A stretch of DNA of 51,163 nucleotides, taken from assembly GCA_025923055.1 (NCBI GenBank), contig JAICGP010000001.1, positions 1-51,163 on the forward strand, given 5' to 3'. Of the stretch, positions 1 through 8,819 are shown piece by piece. The first letter of the stretch is position 1. Every line of letters starts with the position of its first letter. Source of the stretch: Thermoleophilia bacterium. GTDB lineage: Bacteria > Actinomycetota > Thermoleophilia > Gaiellales > Gaiellaceae. The position numbers and the translations under genes are program-made. The notes below the pieces were generated by a model. It saw nothing but the letters and a program-made list of their open reading frames with translations, was not told the DNA's origin and searched no databases.

Positions 1-222
1 GCGGGCGTCGAGGTGCTCGTCGCCGTCGGTCCGCTCGCCCGGAACTACGTCCAGGGCGCGCGCGGCGTGCCCCTCACGCGCTGGGCGCCGACCGTCGAGC
101 AGGGCCTCGCCGCGCTCCGCTCAGTCCTCCGTCCCGGCGACTGCGTGCTCGTGAAGGGGTCACGAGCCATGGGTCTCGAGGTGATCGGCGAGGCCGTCAC
201 CGTCGTCCCCGCCGAGGCTTAG
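1..222 (+). CDS. murF: UDP-MurNAc-pentapeptide synthetase MurF, C-terminal fragment (5' end outside window)
   Basis: Frame-1 ORF enters from the left edge and stops at TAG 220-222, 10 nt before mraY. The tail ...DCVLVKGSRAMGLE... resembles a Mur-ligase C-terminus. The call rests mainly on position in the dcw cluster. Confidence 0.6.
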   Translation, partial: AGVEVLVAVGPLARNYVQGARGVPLTRWAPTVEQGLAALRSVLRPGDCVLVKGSRAMGLEVIGEAVTVVPAEA

Positions 223-231
223 GCTCCCTCC

Positions 232-1254
232 ATGGTCGAGGTGCTGCTCGCGGGGGTGCTGGCGATGGTCATCTCCATCCTCTCTGGCCCCAAGTTCATC
301 GACTTCCTGCGCAAGAACGAGTTCGGGCAGCAGATCCGCGAGGAGGGTCCGAAGGGCCACGTCGTCAAGCAGGGAACGCCGGCGATGGGCGGGCTCCTGA
401 TCATGATCGCCATGTCCGTGCCGTTCCTCGTCTTCTCGCAGCGGACGGTCCCCGCCGTGACGGCGTTCTTCGTCACGCTCGGCTGCGCCGCGATCGGCTT
501 CGTCGACGACTGGACGAAGGTGTCGCGGCGCCGCTCGCTGGGGCTCTCCGGACGCTGGAAGCTCATCTGGCTCGCCGGGATCACCGTCGTCGTCGGCCTC
601 GTCGCCTCGCGCGGGCTCGAGGACCCGCTCACGACCGACGTCTACATCCCGCTGGTCGACGCCGACCTGCCCCTCTCGTGGGGCTGGTACCTGCTCCTCT
701 TCGTCATCATCGCCGGGGCCTCGAACGGAGTGAACCTGACGGACGGGATCGACGGCCTCGCCGCTGGCACGACGACGATCGCGATCCTCACCTACACGGC
801 CATGAGCCTCGTCGCGGCGCTCGCCTCGATCCGCGCCGTGGGCGCCGCCGACCAGGTCGACCTCGACCTCGCGATCCTCGGGGCGAGCCTGATCGGGGCC
901 TCGATCGGCTTCCTCTGGTACAACGCCTTCCCCGCGCAGGTCTTCATGGGCGACACGGGGTCGATGGGCCTCGGCGGCGCGCTCGCGGCGTTCGCGATCA
1001 TGACGAAGACGGAGCTGCTGCTGATCCTGATCGGCGGCATCTTCCTGATCGAGGCGCTCTCGGTCATCGTCCAGGTCGTCAGCTTCAAGTGGTTCGGCCG
1101 GCGCGTTCTCCTGATGGCGCCGCTGCACCACCACTTCGAGATGAAGGCGTGGTCGGAGACGCGGATCACCGTCCGCTTCTGGATCGTGACGGCGATTCTC
1201 TGTGCGTGCGGCTTCGTCCTGTACTACCGGTACGCCTCTGAGTTCGCTTCCTGA
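232..1254 (+). CDS. mraY: phospho-N-acetylmuramoyl-pentapeptide transferase MraY
   Basis: 340-aa polytopic membrane protein. It carries MraY hallmarks NGVNLTDGIDGLA, FMGDTGSMGLG and APLHHHFE. ATG at 232. Confidence 0.95.
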   Translation: MVEVLLAGVLAMVISILSGPKFIDFLRKNEFGQQIREEGPKGHVVKQGTPAMGGLLIMIAMSVPFLVFSQRTVPAVTAFFVTLGCAAIGFVDDWTKVSRRRSLGLSGRWKLIWLAGITVVVGLVASRGLEDPLTTDVYIPLVDADLPLSWGWYLLLFVIIAGASNGVNLTDGIDGLAAGTTTIAILTYTAMSLVAALASIRAVGAADQVDLDLAILGASLIGASIGFLWYNAFPAQVFMGDTGSMGLGGALAAFAIMTKTELLLILIGGIFLIEALSVIVQVVSFKWFGRRVLLMAPLHHHFEMKAWSETRITVRFWIVTAILCACGFVLYYRYASEFAS

Positions 1255-2491
1255 GTCGGCGCTCGTCCTCGGCCTGGCGCGCTCGGGCGAGGCGGCGGCG
1301 CTCGCGCTCGCCCGGCGGGGCGTGCGGGTGCGCGGCGTCGACCGGAACCCGAGCCTGGACGCGGGCAGGCTTCGCCCGGCGGGCGTCGAAGTCGTGCTGG
1401 GCGCGGACGACCCCGCGCTCGTCGACGACGTGGACCTGCTTGTGAAGAGCCCGGGAGTTCCGAGCGAGGCCCCCCTCGCCGCCGCGGCACGCGCCCGCGG
1501 CCTCGCCGTCTGGAGCGAGGTCGAGCTGGGCGCCCGCCTGCTGCCCAACCCGATCCTCGGCGTCACGGGGACGAACGGCAAGACGACCACGAGCGAGCTG
1601 CTCGGCGCCATCTTCCGGGCGGCCGGGCGGCCCGTGGCCGTCGCGGGCAACGTGGGGCGGCCGCTCACCGCGCTCGACGGCGCCCTCGCTGCGGACGCCT
1701 GGATCGTCTGCGAGCTCTCGAGCTTCCAGCTGGAGGACGTCGAGCGGTTCCGCCCCCGCGTCGCCGTCCTCCTCAACGTCACGCCGGACCACCTCGACCG
1801 CTATCCCGACGTGGACGCCTACCGGGCGGCGAAGCTCCGGATGTTCGAGAACCAGCGGGATGACGACGTCGCCGTCGTCCCGGGTGGGTTCGACGCGATT
1901 CCCGGAGAGGCCCGGCGGGTCGAGTTCTCCGCCGACGACCCGCTTCCCGCCGAGCCGCGCATCCCCGGCGCCCACAACCGCGAGAACGCCGCCGCCGCAA
2001 CGGCGGCGGCCAGGGCCGCCGGCGTGCCCGACGAGGCGATCGGCGAGGGGCTCCGGACCTTCCCTGGCGTCCCGCACCGCCTCGAGCTCGTCCGCGAGCT
2101 CGACGGCGTGCGCTGGATCAACGACTCGAAGGCGACGAACCCGGAGGCCGCCGAGCGGGCGCTCGGCGCCTACCCACCGGGGCTCCGCGTGATCCTCGGC
2201 GGCAGCCGCAAGGGGACGCCGTTCGCGGCTCTCGCCCGCCGCGCCGCCAAGTCCGGCGTCGCGTGCGCGTACCTGATCGGCGAGTCGGCGGACGAGATCG
2301 CCGAGGCCCTGGCCGCCGCGGGTGTCCGCTTTCGCCATTCGCGCGACCTCGAGCGGGCGGTCGCGGAGGCGCACGAGGACGCGGAGCGCGGCGAGGTCGT
2401 CCTCCTCTCGCCCGCCTGCGCGAGCTACGACCAGTTCCGGGACTTCGAGGAGCGCGGCGCCCGCTTCCGCCAGCTCGTGGAGTCGCTGTGA
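1202..2491 (+). CDS. murD: UDP-N-acetylmuramoylalanine--D-glutamate ligase MurD
   Basis: Mur ligase with GVTGTNGKTTT P-loop, DSKATNP motif and an N-terminal Rossmann-like LVLGLARSGEAAA. The track start GTG 1202 overlaps mraY by 53 nt. The true start is probably nearer 1240-1265 but no clean start codon is visible. Confidence 0.88.
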   Translation: MRAASSCTTGTPLSSLPESALVLGLARSGEAAALALARRGVRVRGVDRNPSLDAGRLRPAGVEVVLGADDPALVDDVDLLVKSPGVPSEAPLAAAARARGLAVWSEVELGARLLPNPILGVTGTNGKTTTSELLGAIFRAAGRPVAVAGNVGRPLTALDGALAADAWIVCELSSFQLEDVERFRPRVAVLLNVTPDHLDRYPDVDAYRAAKLRMFENQRDDDVAVVPGGFDAIPGEARRVEFSADDPLPAEPRIPGAHNRENAAAATAAARAAGVPDEAIGEGLRTFPGVPHRLELVRELDGVRWINDSKATNPEAAERALGAYPPGLRVILGGSRKGTPFAALARRAAKSGVACAYLIGESADEIAEALAAAGVRFRHSRDLERAVAEAHEDAERGEVVLLSPACASYDQFRDFEERGARFRQLVESL

Positions 2492-3702
2492 GGCGGCGGC
2501 GCAGCGCTCTCGACTACCACCTGCTCGTCCTCGTCACGCTCGGGCTCGTCGCGTTCGGCCTCGTCATGGTCTACAGCGCCAGCTCGGCGCGCGCCGCGCT
2601 CGCCGCCGACGATCCGGCGTACTACCTGAAGCGCCAAGCCCTCTACGCGCTCGCCGGGATCGCGGCGCTCGTGCTCTTCTCGCGGACGGACTACCGCCGC
2701 CTCCGCCTCGCGATCCTGCCGCTCCTGCTCGCGAGCTTCACGTTGCTCGTCGCCGTCCTCGTCGCCGGCACCCCGGTGAACGGCGCCAGGCGCTGGCTCG
2801 CGCTCGGCCCCTTCACGCTGCAGCCGTCCGAGCTTGCAAAGCTCGCGCTCGCTCTCTGGATCGCCGCGCTCCTCGCGCGGCGGCCGGCGCCGCAGTCGCT
2901 CGGCGAGCTGCTCCGGCCGATCGGCGTCGTGGTCGGGACCGCGTTCGCGCTCGTCCTCGTCGAGCCCGACCTCGGGACGGCGATCGCGATCGCGATCATG
3001 GTCGCGGCAGTCCTCGCCGTCGCGGGCACGCGGCTCTCCACGCTCGCCGGCGGGGCGGCGATCGGCTTCCTCCTCGTGGCCGCGGCGATCTGGCTCGAGC
3101 CGTACCGCCGTGACCGCCTGCTCGCGTTCCTCGATCCCTGGCAGGACCCCGAGGGCACGGGCTTCCAGTCGGTTCAGGCGATGCTCGCGCTCGGCTCGGG
3201 CGGGTTCTTCGGCACCGGCCTCGGCGAGAGCGTCCAGAAGGTCTACTACCTGCCCGAGGCGTCGACCGACATGATCTTCGCGATCGTCGGGGAAGAGCTC
3301 GGGCTCGTCGGCGCCTTTGCGGTCATCGCGGCATTCGTCGTCTTCGGCTACGCGGGCTTCAACGTCGCGCTCGGCTGCCGCGAGCCGTTCGGGAAGCTCC
3401 TTGCGGCGGGCCTGACGGCGCTCGTCTGCGGGCAGGCGGCCGTGAACGTGAGCGCCGTGATGGGCCTGGCCCCTCTCACCGGCATCCCGCTTCCCTTCGT
3501 CTCCTACGGGGGCTCGAGCCTCATCGTCGGCCTCGCCTCCGTGGGGATCCTCCTTAACATCGCCGTCAGCGATGCCACAGGAGCCCGCGCCGAGCTGCCT
3601 CGTCGCCGCCGGAGGGACGGCCGGTCACGTCCTGCCGGCGCTCGCGGTCGCCGAGTCGCTGGAACGTCGAGGCGTGCGGGTCACGCTCGCCGGTCGGCCT
3701 GA
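2488..3702 (+). CDS. ftsW: SEDS-family peptidoglycan glycosyltransferase FtsW
   Basis: About 10-TM protein with PSELAKL, TDMIFA and PLPFVSYGGSS motifs. GTG 2488 overlaps the murD stop (GTGA). The Arg-rich last ~43 aa overlap murG. Confidence 0.9.
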   Translation: MRRRRSALDYHLLVLVTLGLVAFGLVMVYSASSARAALAADDPAYYLKRQALYALAGIAALVLFSRTDYRRLRLAILPLLLASFTLLVAVLVAGTPVNGARRWLALGPFTLQPSELAKLALALWIAALLARRPAPQSLGELLRPIGVVVGTAFALVLVEPDLGTAIAIAIMVAAVLAVAGTRLSTLAGGAAIGFLLVAAAIWLEPYRRDRLLAFLDPWQDPEGTGFQSVQAMLALGSGGFFGTGLGESVQKVYYLPEASTDMIFAIVGEELGLVGAFAVIAAFVVFGYAGFNVALGCREPFGKLLAAGLTALVCGQAAVNVSAVMGLAPLTGIPLPFVSYGGSSLIVGLASVGILLNIAVSDATGARAELPRRRRRDGRSRPAGARGRRVAGTSRRAGHARRSA

Positions 3703-4639
3703 CTCCGTCGAGGAGCGCCTCGCGCATGCGGCCGGCCACGAGTTCGACTCGTTCTCCGTCGAGGGCATCCCGCGCGCGCCCGGCCCTCGGCTCCTGCGGG
3801 CGGCCGCGCGCGGCCTCGTCGCGCCGGTGACCTGCCTGCGGATCCTGCGCCGCCGCCGTCCCGACGTCGTCCTCGGAGCGGGCGGCTACGTCGGCGGGCC
3901 CATGGTTCTCGCGGCCGGGCTCCTGCGCATCCCCGCCGCGCTCCTGGAGGCCGACGCCCACCTGGGCCTCGCCAACAGGCTCGCGGCGCCGTTCGCGAGA
4001 CGGGTCTTCCTCGCGTTCCCCATCGAGGGCCTCGACGGAGCGAAGTACCGGGTCGTCGGGCGGCCGATCCCAGCCCGCGCCCGCCCGCCGGCCGCCGCGG
4101 AGGCACGGAAGCAGTTCGGGCTGCCGGAAGAGGGGTCCGTCGTGCTCGTCTTCGGCGGCAGCCAGGGCTCGCGGCGGCTGAACGAGGCGTCCCTCGCGGC
4201 GTTCGCCGAGGACGGCCCGGCGGTGCTGCACCTCGCGGGCGAGCGTGACTTTCCCGAGCTGGATGGACGGGCGCGCCGGGAGGACTATCGCCTGCTTCCG
4301 TTCACGGACGCGTTCGGCGCGGCGCTCGCCGCCGCCGATCTCGTCGTCGCCCGCGCAGGCGGCTCGGTCTGGGAGGTCGCCGTCGCCGGCAAGCCGGCGC
4401 TGCTCGTCCCGTACCCGCACGCGACCGCCGACCACCAGGCGAAGAACGCCCGCTACTTCGAGCACCGTGGCGCCGCCGTCGTCGTGCCCGAGCCGGAGCT
4501 CGAGCTCCGGCGTCAGGTCGACGACCTCCTCGCGGACCCGGAGCGGCTCGCGCGCATGTCCGCCGCGATGCGGGACCTCGCCAGGCCGGATGCCGCCGAC
4601 GCGGTCGCGGAGGAGCTGACCGCCCTTGCCCGAGCTTGA
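3572..4639 (+). CDS. murG: UDP-GlcNAc:lipid I GlcNAc transferase MurG
   Basis: N-terminal AAGGTAGHVLPALAVAE G-loop, central VFGGSQGS, C-terminal ADHQAKNA. 355 aa. Confidence 0.93.
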   Translation: MPQEPAPSCLVAAGGTAGHVLPALAVAESLERRGVRVTLAGRPDSVEERLAHAAGHEFDSFSVEGIPRAPGPRLLRAAARGLVAPVTCLRILRRRRPDVVLGAGGYVGGPMVLAAGLLRIPAALLEADAHLGLANRLAAPFARRVFLAFPIEGLDGAKYRVVGRPIPARARPPAAAEARKQFGLPEEGSVVLVFGGSQGSRRLNEASLAAFAEDGPAVLHLAGERDFPELDGRARREDYRLLPFTDAFGAALAAADLVVARAGGSVWEVAVAGKPALLVPYPHATADHQAKNARYFEHRGAAVVVPEPELELRRQVDDLLADPERLARMSAAMRDLARPDAADAVAEELTALARA

Positions 4640-5828
4640 CGGCCGCCGGCTCTGGCTAGCGGGCATCGGCGGCGCCGGCCTCTCCGGGTACGCGGTCGTG
4701 GCGAAGGCGTGGGGCGCCGACGTCTCCGGCTGGGACCGGACGGAGACGCCCTACCTCGCCTACGTCCGCGCCGCCGGGATTCCGGTCGTCGTCTCGCCGG
4801 ACACGCCGCCTCCGCCCGCCGGGGCAGAGGTCGTCGTCTCGAGCGCGTACCGCGAGCGCGTCGCCGGCCGGAGCCGGGCCGAGCTGCTCGCCGAGCTCGT
4901 CTCCCTTCGCCGGTCGATCGTCGTCGCCGGCGCGCACGGGAAGACGACGACCGCGGCCATGGTGGCCTTCTGCCTGGACGCGTTGGGAGACGACCCGTCC
5001 TTCCTGATCGGCGGGGAGGTGCCGCAGCTCGGCGGCAACGCGCGAGCGGGGAGCGGCTGGCTCGTGGTCGAGGGCGACGAGTCGGACGGCACCGTGTTCG
5101 AGCTCCCGGCCGACGTCGCCGTGATCACGAACGTCGAGCTCGACCACCACGCCGCGTTCGGCTCGACCGCGGACCTGGAGGAGCGCTTCGAGCGCTGGGC
5201 CGCCCGCGTGGGCAAGGAGCGGGTCGTCTGGGGCCGGGACCTGGTGCCCGCCGACATCGTGCTCTCCGTCCCCGGCGAGCACAACCGGCTCAACGCGGCC
5301 TGCGCGCTCGCGGCCCTGGAGCTCGCGGGCGTCGATCGCGCCGCGGCCGCGGACGCGCTCGCGGCATTCCGCGGCGTGGGGCGGCGGCTCGAGGACCACG
5401 GCGAGGCCGGCGGCGTCCTTCTCGTCGACGACTACGCTCACCACCCGGCGGAGGTGGCCGCCACGCTGACGGCGGCGCGGACGCTCGCGGGCGACGGGCG
5501 GGTCGTCGCGCTCTTCCAGCCGCACCTGTACTCGCGCACCATGCACGTCGGGCGCGAGCTGGGGCGCGCCCTTGCCGCCGCCGACGCCGCGGTCGTCACC
5601 GACGTCTACGGCGCCCGGGAAGAGCCCGTGCCCGGCGTCAGCGGGAAGCTCGTCGCTGACGCACTCGCCGACGCGCGCCCCGGGATGCCGGTCGGCTGGG
5701 CGCCGGCGCTGGCCGACGCCGCCCACGTGGCCGCGTCGCTCGCGCGCCCGGGCGACCTGCTGCTCACGGTCGGCGCCGGAGACGTGAACACGGCGCTGCC
5801 GCTGCTCCGGGAGGAGCTGACGGCATGA
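4626..5828 (+). CDS. murC: UDP-N-acetylmuramate--L-alanine ligase MurC
   Basis: AGIGGAGLSGYA N-terminus, AGAHGKTTT P-loop, EGDESDG, DDYAHHP. TTG start overlaps the murG end. Confidence 0.92.
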   Translation: MPELDGRRLWLAGIGGAGLSGYAVVAKAWGADVSGWDRTETPYLAYVRAAGIPVVVSPDTPPPPAGAEVVVSSAYRERVAGRSRAELLAELVSLRRSIVVAGAHGKTTTAAMVAFCLDALGDDPSFLIGGEVPQLGGNARAGSGWLVVEGDESDGTVFELPADVAVITNVELDHHAAFGSTADLEERFERWAARVGKERVVWGRDLVPADIVLSVPGEHNRLNAACALAALELAGVDRAAAADALAAFRGVGRRLEDHGEAGGVLLVDDYAHHPAEVAATLTAARTLAGDGRVVALFQPHLYSRTMHVGRELGRALAAADAAVVTDVYGAREEPVPGVSGKLVADALADARPGMPVGWAPALADAAHVAASLARPGDLLLTVGAGDVNTALPLLREELTA

Positions 5829-6703
5829 AGGAGCAGGTCGCCCTCGGCCGCTACACGACGCTCGGGACCGGCGGCCCGGCCCGCTGGTTCGCCACGCCCG
5901 AGACCGAGGACGAGCTCCTGGAGCGCCTCGCCTGGGCGGACGCCGAGGGACTGCCGGTCGCGGTCGTCGGCCTCGGCTCGAACCTCCTCGTCGCCGACGA
6001 CGGCTTCCCGGGGCTCGTCCTGAAGCTCGCGGGAGAGCTCGCCGCCGCCGACGCGGCCGACGGGGTCCTCGCGGGCGGCGGCGGAGCACCCCTCGCCGTG
6101 TGCCTCCACCGCGCCCGGGCGGCCGAGCTCGGCGGGTTCGAGTTCGCGTGCGCCATCCCCGGGACGGTGGGCGGCGGCGTCTGGATGAACGCGGGCGCCT
6201 ACGGCGGCGACATCGCGGGCGTCCTCCGGCGCGCCCGCGTCGCCGACGCGACCGGCGCGAGGTGGCTGACGCCGCAGGAGCTCGGACTGCGCTACCGCAC
6301 CTCCGGCCTGCGCCACGGTCAGGTCGTCGCGCGCGCGGAGTTCTTGCTGGAGCCGCGCCCGCTCGAGGAGATCAAGGCGACGGTGGCGGCCATGCAGGCG
6401 CGCCGCAAGGAAGCGCAGCCGACGAACAAGCGCACGTTCGGGAGCGTCTTCAAGAATCCCGATCACGAGCTGAGTGCCGGGAGGATGCTCGAGGTCTGCG
6501 GCCTCCGCGGCTACCGCAGCGGCGGCGCGCAGATCTCCCCCAAGCACGCCAACTTCATCGAGAACGCGGACGGGGCGCGCTCGGCCGACGCCATCGCGCT
6601 GATCGCCGAGGCGCGCCGTCGCGCGCGCGAGCAGTTCGGCGTCGTGCTCCACCCGGAGGTGCAGCTGCTCGGCGCGCTGGAGGTGCCTCCGCTCGAGCCG
6701 TAG
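5825..6703 (+). CDS. murB: UDP-N-acetylenolpyruvoylglucosamine reductase MurB
   Basis: FAD-binding PCMH-type N-terminus (TTLGTGGPARWF, GLGSNLLV) and C-terminal GSVFKNP...ISPKHANF. ATGA overlap with murC. Confidence 0.93.
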   Translation: MKEQVALGRYTTLGTGGPARWFATPETEDELLERLAWADAEGLPVAVVGLGSNLLVADDGFPGLVLKLAGELAAADAADGVLAGGGGAPLAVCLHRARAAELGGFEFACAIPGTVGGGVWMNAGAYGGDIAGVLRRARVADATGARWLTPQELGLRYRTSGLRHGQVVARAEFLLEPRPLEEIKATVAAMQARRKEAQPTNKRTFGSVFKNPDHELSAGRMLEVCGLRGYRSGGAQISPKHANFIENADGARSADAIALIAEARRRAREQFGVVLHPEVQLLGALEVPPLEP

Positions 6704-6749
6704 GAAACCCGTCGGTAGGACCGGACGAGCCCGCGGCGAACTCGCTCGT

Positions 6750-7535
6750 GTGGTCACCAGACCGCACGTGTCGCTCGTGCCCGTAAACGGGTTGCGCGCG
6801 CGCGTTCGCGCGCCGCGGCGTCTACTGGCCGTGACGGTGGCCGTCGCCGCCCTCGCGGGGCTCGCCTACCTGGCTGCGCGCGAGACGCCGCTCTTCGCCC
6901 TCCGTGACGTCGAGGTCTCGGGGGCGCCCCGCGGCCTGGAGAAGGAGGTGCGCCGAGCGGCGGCGCCGTTCGTCGGCGAGAGCCTCGTCGCGCTGGACCG
7001 CGACGCCTTGCAGCGCTCGCTGGAGGCGCTTCCGGCCGTGCGCTCGCTCCGCATCGACCGCGCCTTCCCGCACGCGCTCCGCATCGCGGTCGTCCCCGAG
7101 CGGCCGCTCGCCGTCCTCCGCCGCGACGGGCAAGCGTGGCTCGTGTCCGAGCGCGGGCGGATCCTGCGCAGCGTCGACGCTCGGGCGCCCGCCTCGCAGC
7201 CGCGCGTCCGGGCGGACGAGGGCGTCGCCGTGGAGGTGGGGGAGAGCGTCACGGCAGGCCCCGTCCTCGCCGCGCTGGCGACGCTCCGGCGCGTGCCCGC
7301 CGATTTCCCGGTCGCGATCCGCTCCGCCCGCGCCGAGGAAGACGCCGTCGTGCTCGTGCTCGCCGGGGAGACGGAGCTGCGCCTCGGCGAGCGGACGCAG
7401 GTCGCGCTCAAGCTGGACGTCGCGGCCCGCGTCCTGGGGACTCTGGCTCCCGGGGAGCGCTCGGAGCTCGCCTATCTGGATGTGACCGTCCCCGAGCGTC
7501 CGGTTGCCGCAGACAAGCCTCAAGTCTCAGGTTGA
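6750..7535 (+). CDS. ftsQ: cell division protein FtsQ/DivIB (single TM plus POTRA)
   Basis: N-terminal TM helix (LLAVTVAVAALAGLAYLAA) followed by a POTRA-like segment (VEVSGAP...LVALDRDALQRSLEALPAVRSLRIDRAFPHALRIAVVPERP). Sits directly upstream of ftsZ. Confidence 0.8.
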   Translation: MVTRPHVSLVPVNGLRARVRAPRRLLAVTVAVAALAGLAYLAARETPLFALRDVEVSGAPRGLEKEVRRAAAPFVGESLVALDRDALQRSLEALPAVRSLRIDRAFPHALRIAVVPERPLAVLRRDGQAWLVSERGRILRSVDARAPASQPRVRADEGVAVEVGESVTAGPVLAALATLRRVPADFPVAIRSARAEEDAVVLVLAGETELRLGERTQVALKLDVAARVLGTLAPGERSELAYLDVTVPERPVAADKPQVSG

Positions 7536-7574
7536 GCTTGAGAGTACGGCGTCGTTTGCGCTGCAAATGAGGAT

Positions 7575-7603
7575 TTGACAACCTCCGGGGGTGGGCGTAC
7601 CCT
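7575..7603 (+). promoter_or_regulatory. candidate sigma-70-type promoter for ftsZ (TTGACA-17 nt-TACCCT)
   Basis: Perfect -35 TTGACA at 7575-7580, a 17-nt spacer, and TACCCT (TANNNT class) at 7598-7603, in the 104-nt ftsQ-ftsZ gap. Confidence 0.4.
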
Positions 7604-7657
7604 CAGCCGGACGCTCAAGCTGAGCCTCAAGCTCGGCACGTGAGGGAGAGGACGGAC

Positions 7658-8713
7658 GTGAGAGATCAAGCGGGCAACTACCTGGCCGTGATCAAGGTCG
7701 TCGGCGCCGGCGGCGGCGGCTCGAATGCCGTCAATCGGATGGTCGAGGCAGGCCTTCGCGGCTGCGAGTTCATCGCCGTGAACACGGACGCGCAGGCGCT
7801 CCTCATGGTGGAGGCCGACCAGAAGGTCCACATCGGCGCCTCGGCCACGCGCGGCCTGGGCGCGGGTGCGAACCCGGAGAAGGGCTACGAGGCGGCGATG
7901 GAGACGCGCGACGAGCTGAAGGAGGCGCTCAAGGGCGCCGACATGGTCTTCGTCACCGCGGGCGAGGGCGGGGGCACCGGCACCGGCGCCGCGCCGGTCA
8001 TCGCCGAGATCGCGCAGGAGCTCAGGGCCCTCACCGTCGGCGTCGTCACCCGTCCGTTCGGCTTCGAGGGCCGGAAGCGCGCCGAGCAGGCGCAGACCGG
8101 CATCGGCAACCTGCGCGACCACGTCGACACGCTGATCATCATCCCGAACGACCGGCTGCTCCAGGTCGTCGAGAAGCAGACGTCCGTCGTGGACGCCTTC
8201 CGCATGGCGGACGAGGTGCTGCGCCAGGGCGTGCAGGGGATCACCGACCTCATCACGATCCCGGGGCTCGTCAACCTCGACTTCGCGGATGTGCGCACGA
8301 TCATGACCGACGCCGGGTCGGCGCTCATGGGGATCGGCGAGGCCGAGGGCGAGAACCGGGCCGCCGAGGCCGCCCGGGCCGCCGTCTCCTCGCCGCTGCT
8401 CGAAGCCTCCGTGGCGGGCGCGACCGGCGTCCTCCTCAACATCACGGGCGGTCCCGACCTGGGCCTGTTCGAGGTGAACGAGGCCGCGGAGGTCGTCACG
8501 GGCGCCTCCGACCTGAACGCGAACGTCATCTTCGGCGCCGTCATCGACGAGAACATGGGCGGCAAGGTCCGGGTGACCGTGATCGCCACGGGCTTCGACA
8601 AGGCGTACCGCCGCGAGCGGCGCGAGGACATCGGCGAGCGCGAGCCCGCCGGCGAGGGGTTCGACGTCCCCTCCGACGTCCTCGAGGTGCCGTCGTTCCT
8701 GCGGCGCCAGTAA
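7658..8713 (+). CDS. ftsZ: cell division GTPase FtsZ
   Basis: Contains [17 protein letters not shown] and the tubulin signature [16 protein letters not shown] 7658 is preferred because GGGAGAGGA lies 5 nt upstream; the track start GTG 7640 is also possible. Confidence 0.95.
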   Translation: MRDQAGNYLAVIKVVGAGGGGSNAVNRMVEAGLRGCEFIAVNTDAQALLMVEADQKVHIGASATRGLGAGANPEKGYEAAMETRDELKEALKGADMVFVTAGEGGGTGTGAAPVIAEIAQELRALTVGVVTRPFGFEGRKRAEQAQTGIGNLRDHVDTLIIIPNDRLLQVVEKQTSVVDAFRMADEVLRQGVQGITDLITIPGLVNLDFADVRTIMTDAGSALMGIGEAEGENRAAEAARAAVSSPLLEASVAGATGVLLNITGGPDLGLFEVNEAAEVVTGASDLNANVIFGAVIDENMGGKVRVTVIATGFDKAYRRERREDIGEREPAGEGFDVPSDVLEVPSFLRRQ

Positions 8714-8819
8714 AGGCTGCAGCCGGAACTAGGGGGGAGGCGGGGCAGCCGCCGGGGGCGTGGTACCCCGAAGGCACCGCCCTGGGGAGCGGCGCCGCTG
8801 CGGATAGGATTGCGCCCCG

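Noticed and set aside
160-1782. Very long ORFs antisense or out of frame to recognisable genes. Examples are 160-1782(-), 1166-2374(-), 11636-14185(-), 19751-21976(-), 20062-23100(+), 28445-31183(-), 39834-41915(-) and 30946-33298(+).
   Set aside because: Their translations are low-complexity Arg/Pro/Gly/Ala strings. They overlap genes with clear family signatures on the other strand or frame. They have the wrong third-position GC pattern. These are typical stop-codon-poor artefacts of very GC-rich DNA.
8714-8819. Glycine riboswitch expected upstream of gcvT.
   Set aside because: The 106-nt leader is GC-rich and foldable and contains CCCCGAAGGCACC and GGGGAGCGGCGCC. However, the canonical aptamer cores as I recall them (GGAGAG...GCCGAAGGAGCAA...CUCUCAGGC) are not present in the right arrangement. 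It is not called, although a covariance-model search (Rfam RF00504) could still overturn this.
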